Below are positions 61,954 to 64,000 of a stretch of 64,000 nt of DNA, in pieces. Made by a program: the position numbers and the translations under genes. How positions within the stretch are numbered: position 1 is the stretch's first letter; each line of letters starts with the position of its first letter. Source of the DNA: an uncultured Solirubrobacterales bacterium (GTDB lineage: Bacteria > Actinomycetota > Thermoleophilia > Solirubrobacterales > JBBDJG01); assembly GCA_963780475.1 (NCBI GenBank), contig CAWACB010000005.1, positions 96,122-160,121 on the forward strand, given 5' to 3'. The notes beneath the pieces are model-generated. The model was not told the origin of the DNA, made no database searches, and saw nothing but the letters and a program-made list of their open reading frames with translations.

Positions 61954-62352
61954 ATGAAGAAGAGCGAGTCGCAGGAAAGCAAGCCTCCTTCTCAGCTGAT
62001 CGACGCGCGAATCAAGGAGCTGGGCGACTGGCGGGGCGAGATGCTCGGCCGGCTCCGTGCCTTGGTCAAGGAAGCCGATCCCGAAGTCGTCGAGGAGTGG
62101 AAGTGGAGAGGCGTTCCGGTGTGGTCGCACGACGGGTTGATCTGCACGGGCGAGACTTACAAGAGCGTCGTGAAGATGACCTTCGCCAAAGGGGCGGCTC
62201 TGAAAGATCCTGCGGGCCTCTTCAACTCCAGCCTCGAGGGGAACACAAGGCGTGCGATCGACTTCCACGAGGGCGAGGAGATAGACGAGGAGGCGTTGAA
62301 GACTCTCGTTCGCGCCGCCGTGACCCTGAACAAGTCCAAGGCCCGAAGCTGA
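61954..62352 (+). CDS. DUF1801 (YdhG-like) domain protein
   Basis: Track ORF 61507..62352 trimmed to ATG 61954. IDARIKELGDWRGEMLGRLRALV...EEWKWRGVPVWSHDGLICTGETYKSVVKMTFAKGA is typical of DUF1801. Confidence 0.65.
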   Translation: MKKSESQESKPPSQLIDARIKELGDWRGEMLGRLRALVKEADPEVVEEWKWRGVPVWSHDGLICTGETYKSVVKMTFAKGAALKDPAGLFNSSLEGNTRRAIDFHEGEEIDEEALKTLVRAAVTLNKSKARS

Positions 62353-62380
62353 TCCACGGCACCGTCGCTGGCCGCACGGC

Positions 62381-62542
62381 TTACTTCCAGCTTGTGGAGA
62401 GTTCGGGAAAGCCGATCACCTGGGCGAGCCCGATCAAGATCAGCACCAAGCCGACGTAGAAGAAGAAGCCGTGACCGCCCATCCGTGTCGTGCCTTCGAG
62501 AGCGGTAAGTCCCACGCCGAGGAGCATCAAGAGCCACCCCAT
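62381..62542 (-). CDS. possible 53-aa two-TM membrane peptide (below the ORF-track size cutoff)
   Basis: Hand translation: MGWLLMLLGVGLTALEGTTRMGGHGFFFYVGLVLILIGLAQVIGFPELSTSWK*. High third-position GC; weak SD. Confidence 0.3.
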   Translation of the reverse strand: MGWLLMLLGVGLTALEGTTRMGGHGFFFYVGLVLILIGLAQVIGFPELSTSWK

Positions 62543-62631
62543 AATCAATGGTCCTGCCCGTAGTTGTCCACCCGAAACGGGGAAACTCCCCGCGCAGGAC
62601 GCTGGAAGAGGGAAGCCCTGCTCTGATGGGA

Positions 62632-62705
<74 letters not shown>

Positions 62706-62732
62706 CGGTACGCCACGAGGGCGCATAGCGTC

Positions 62733-62738
62733 TAGATT
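62733..62738 (+). promoter_or_regulatory. TAGATT -10-like box 8 nt upstream of the GTG of the alpha/beta hydrolase gene
   Basis: gcgtcTAGATTctaggccgGTG; no SD sequence. Confidence 0.3.
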
Positions 62739-62746
62739 CTAGGCCG

Positions 62747-63565
62747 GTGACCTCGGTGGCCCTCGATCGAATCGGCGGCATCGCCTATCGCGAGGCGGTC
62801 CCGGATGGCTGGTCCGAGGGCGGGCCGACCGCGCTCTTCCTGCACGGCTTTCCCACCTCGTCTTACCTGTGGCGAAAAGTGCTGCCTGCAGCCGCCGCGG
62901 CCGGCTATCGAGCCGTCGCGCCGGACCTGCCGGGGTTCGGCGACTCGCCCCCGGACCGCCCGGGCACGTGGGAGCGCCAGATCGAGAACGTCGAGCGCTT
63001 CCACCAGGCACTCGGCGCGCAGCGCGTCGTGCTCGGCGTGCACGACTGGGGCGGTCTGATCGGGCTGCGCTGGGCGTGCGATCATCCCGATGCGGTCGCT
63101 GCACTCGTCATCACCGACACCGGGTTCTTCTCGGACGGGCGCTGGCACGGCATGGCGAAGTCGCTGCGCACCGAGGGCGAGGGAGAGCAGCTGATGGAGA
63201 ACCTGAACCGCGAGCTGCTCGGCATGGGAATGGCCCAGATCAGTCCGGGCATGCCGGGTGACGCGATCGACGAGTACTGGAAGGCGTTCGGCGAGCCGGA
63301 GCGCCGCGCGGCCCACCTCGAGCTCTACCGCTCAGGCGACTTCTCGAAGATCGAGCCCTACGAGGGCCGGCTCGACGCGCTCGGCGTTCCCACGCTGATC
63401 GTCTGGGGCGCGAAGGACGAGTTCGCGCCGGTCGGGGGCGCGCACCGGTTCCACAAGCGGATTGCGGACTCGCGCCTCGTCGTGCTGGAGGACGCCGGCC
63501 ACTTCGTGATGGAGGACGACCCTGCGCGCGTTGCAGCCGAGGTCGAGGAGTTCCTCTCCTCATGA
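62747..63565 (+). CDS. alpha/beta-fold hydrolase (haloalkane dehalogenase/epoxide hydrolase-like)
   Basis: 272-aa track ORF (GTG start). FLHGFPTSSYLWR, nucleophile elbow GVHDWGG, C-terminal AGHFVMEDDP. Confidence 0.8.
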   Translation: MTSVALDRIGGIAYREAVPDGWSEGGPTALFLHGFPTSSYLWRKVLPAAAAAGYRAVAPDLPGFGDSPPDRPGTWERQIENVERFHQALGAQRVVLGVHDWGGLIGLRWACDHPDAVAALVITDTGFFSDGRWHGMAKSLRTEGEGEQLMENLNRELLGMGMAQISPGMPGDAIDEYWKAFGEPERRAAHLELYRSGDFSKIEPYEGRLDALGVPTLIVWGAKDEFAPVGGAHRFHKRIADSRLVVLEDAGHFVMEDDPARVAAEVEEFLSS

Positions 63566-63945
63566 TGTCGACGATCGTTGTCGGGACCGACGGGTCCGAG
63601 ACCGCCGAGGCGGCAGTGCAACGGGCCGGAGAGCTTGCCAAGACCACGGGCGCCACGCTGCACATCGTCAGCGCGCACGACGGCGCGGTTCCGCCGGACG
63701 TGACGACCGCGCTGCTCGAGCGGTCCTCCGGCGCGCTACATGTGCGCGGAATCGACTGCCAGGTTCACCCGCGCCGTGGTGACCCCGCGGAAGTACTCCT
63801 CAACGTCGCCGAAGAGGAGAACGCCGACGTTGTCGTCGTCGGCAGCAAGGGCATGCACGGCAGTCGTCGTTTCCTGCTCGGCAGCGTGCCCGACAAGGTC
63901 TCGCACCACGCGCCCTGCAGCGTGCTGATTGTCCGGACTGCTTAG
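63562..63945 (+). CDS. universal stress protein (UspA family)
   Basis: 127-aa track ORF; ATGA overlap with the previous gene. TIVVGTDGSETAEAAV, VVVGSKGMHGSRRFLLGSVPDKVSHHAPCSVLIV. Confidence 0.85.
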   Translation: MMSTIVVGTDGSETAEAAVQRAGELAKTTGATLHIVSAHDGAVPPDVTTALLERSSGALHVRGIDCQVHPRRGDPAEVLLNVAEEENADVVVVGSKGMHGSRRFLLGSVPDKVSHHAPCSVLIVRTA

Positions 63946-64000
63946 TCGCGCTACTTAGCGACTGAGGCCGTAGCAGTCAGCTCCGCCGCCTCTTCCTGCG

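Overview
High-GC actinobacterial-type chromosomal DNA. Gene content suggests a Thermoleophilia/Rubrobacteria-like lineage (split b6c-type QcrABC, TreT plus OtsA); this is inference only, as no search could be run. The window is mostly core genome, and all family calls rest on motif recognition by eye. I see no rRNA, CRISPR array, transposase or integrase.

Content in order:
- ddl and an aminotransferase
- an acyP-gtrA-membrane glycosyltransferase group
- an ABC-2 exporter
- a haem/respiration block: hemB, a fused AhbA/B-like sirohaem decarboxylase, hemL, a HepS-like ORF, qcrABC and a MenG::HepT fusion
- dcd and tatAC
- tRNA-Lys followed by a small block of orphan genes and an MMPL transporter
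- a WbpI/A/B/D-like nucleotide-sugar cluster
- purA
- the rpsF-ssb-rpsR-rplI-dnaB cluster, with a DnaC/DnaI-like AAA+ gene start/stop-coupled to dnaB
- otsA-treT-IMPase
- an MprAB/PepD-like RR-HK-HtrA module
- thiL, PBP1A, a molybdopterin oxidoreductase, a penicillin-acylase homologue, patatin, pyrE, tRNA-Arg and a USP

The most striking signal is about 22 reading-frame breaks in otherwise well-conserved genes. Nine are in dnaB alone, and nearly all behave as single extra bases. I read this as consensus insertion error rather than biology, but it needs checking.

Other items worth a second look:
- the dnaB-coupled helicase-loader candidate
- inverted arrays of a CTGCCRA heptamer bracketing thiL
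- the AhbAB-like gene inside a hemB/hemL cluster
- recurrent TAGACT -10-like boxes 6-9 nt from start codons (leaderless mRNAs)
- an anti-SD/SD arrangement upstream of the acylase gene
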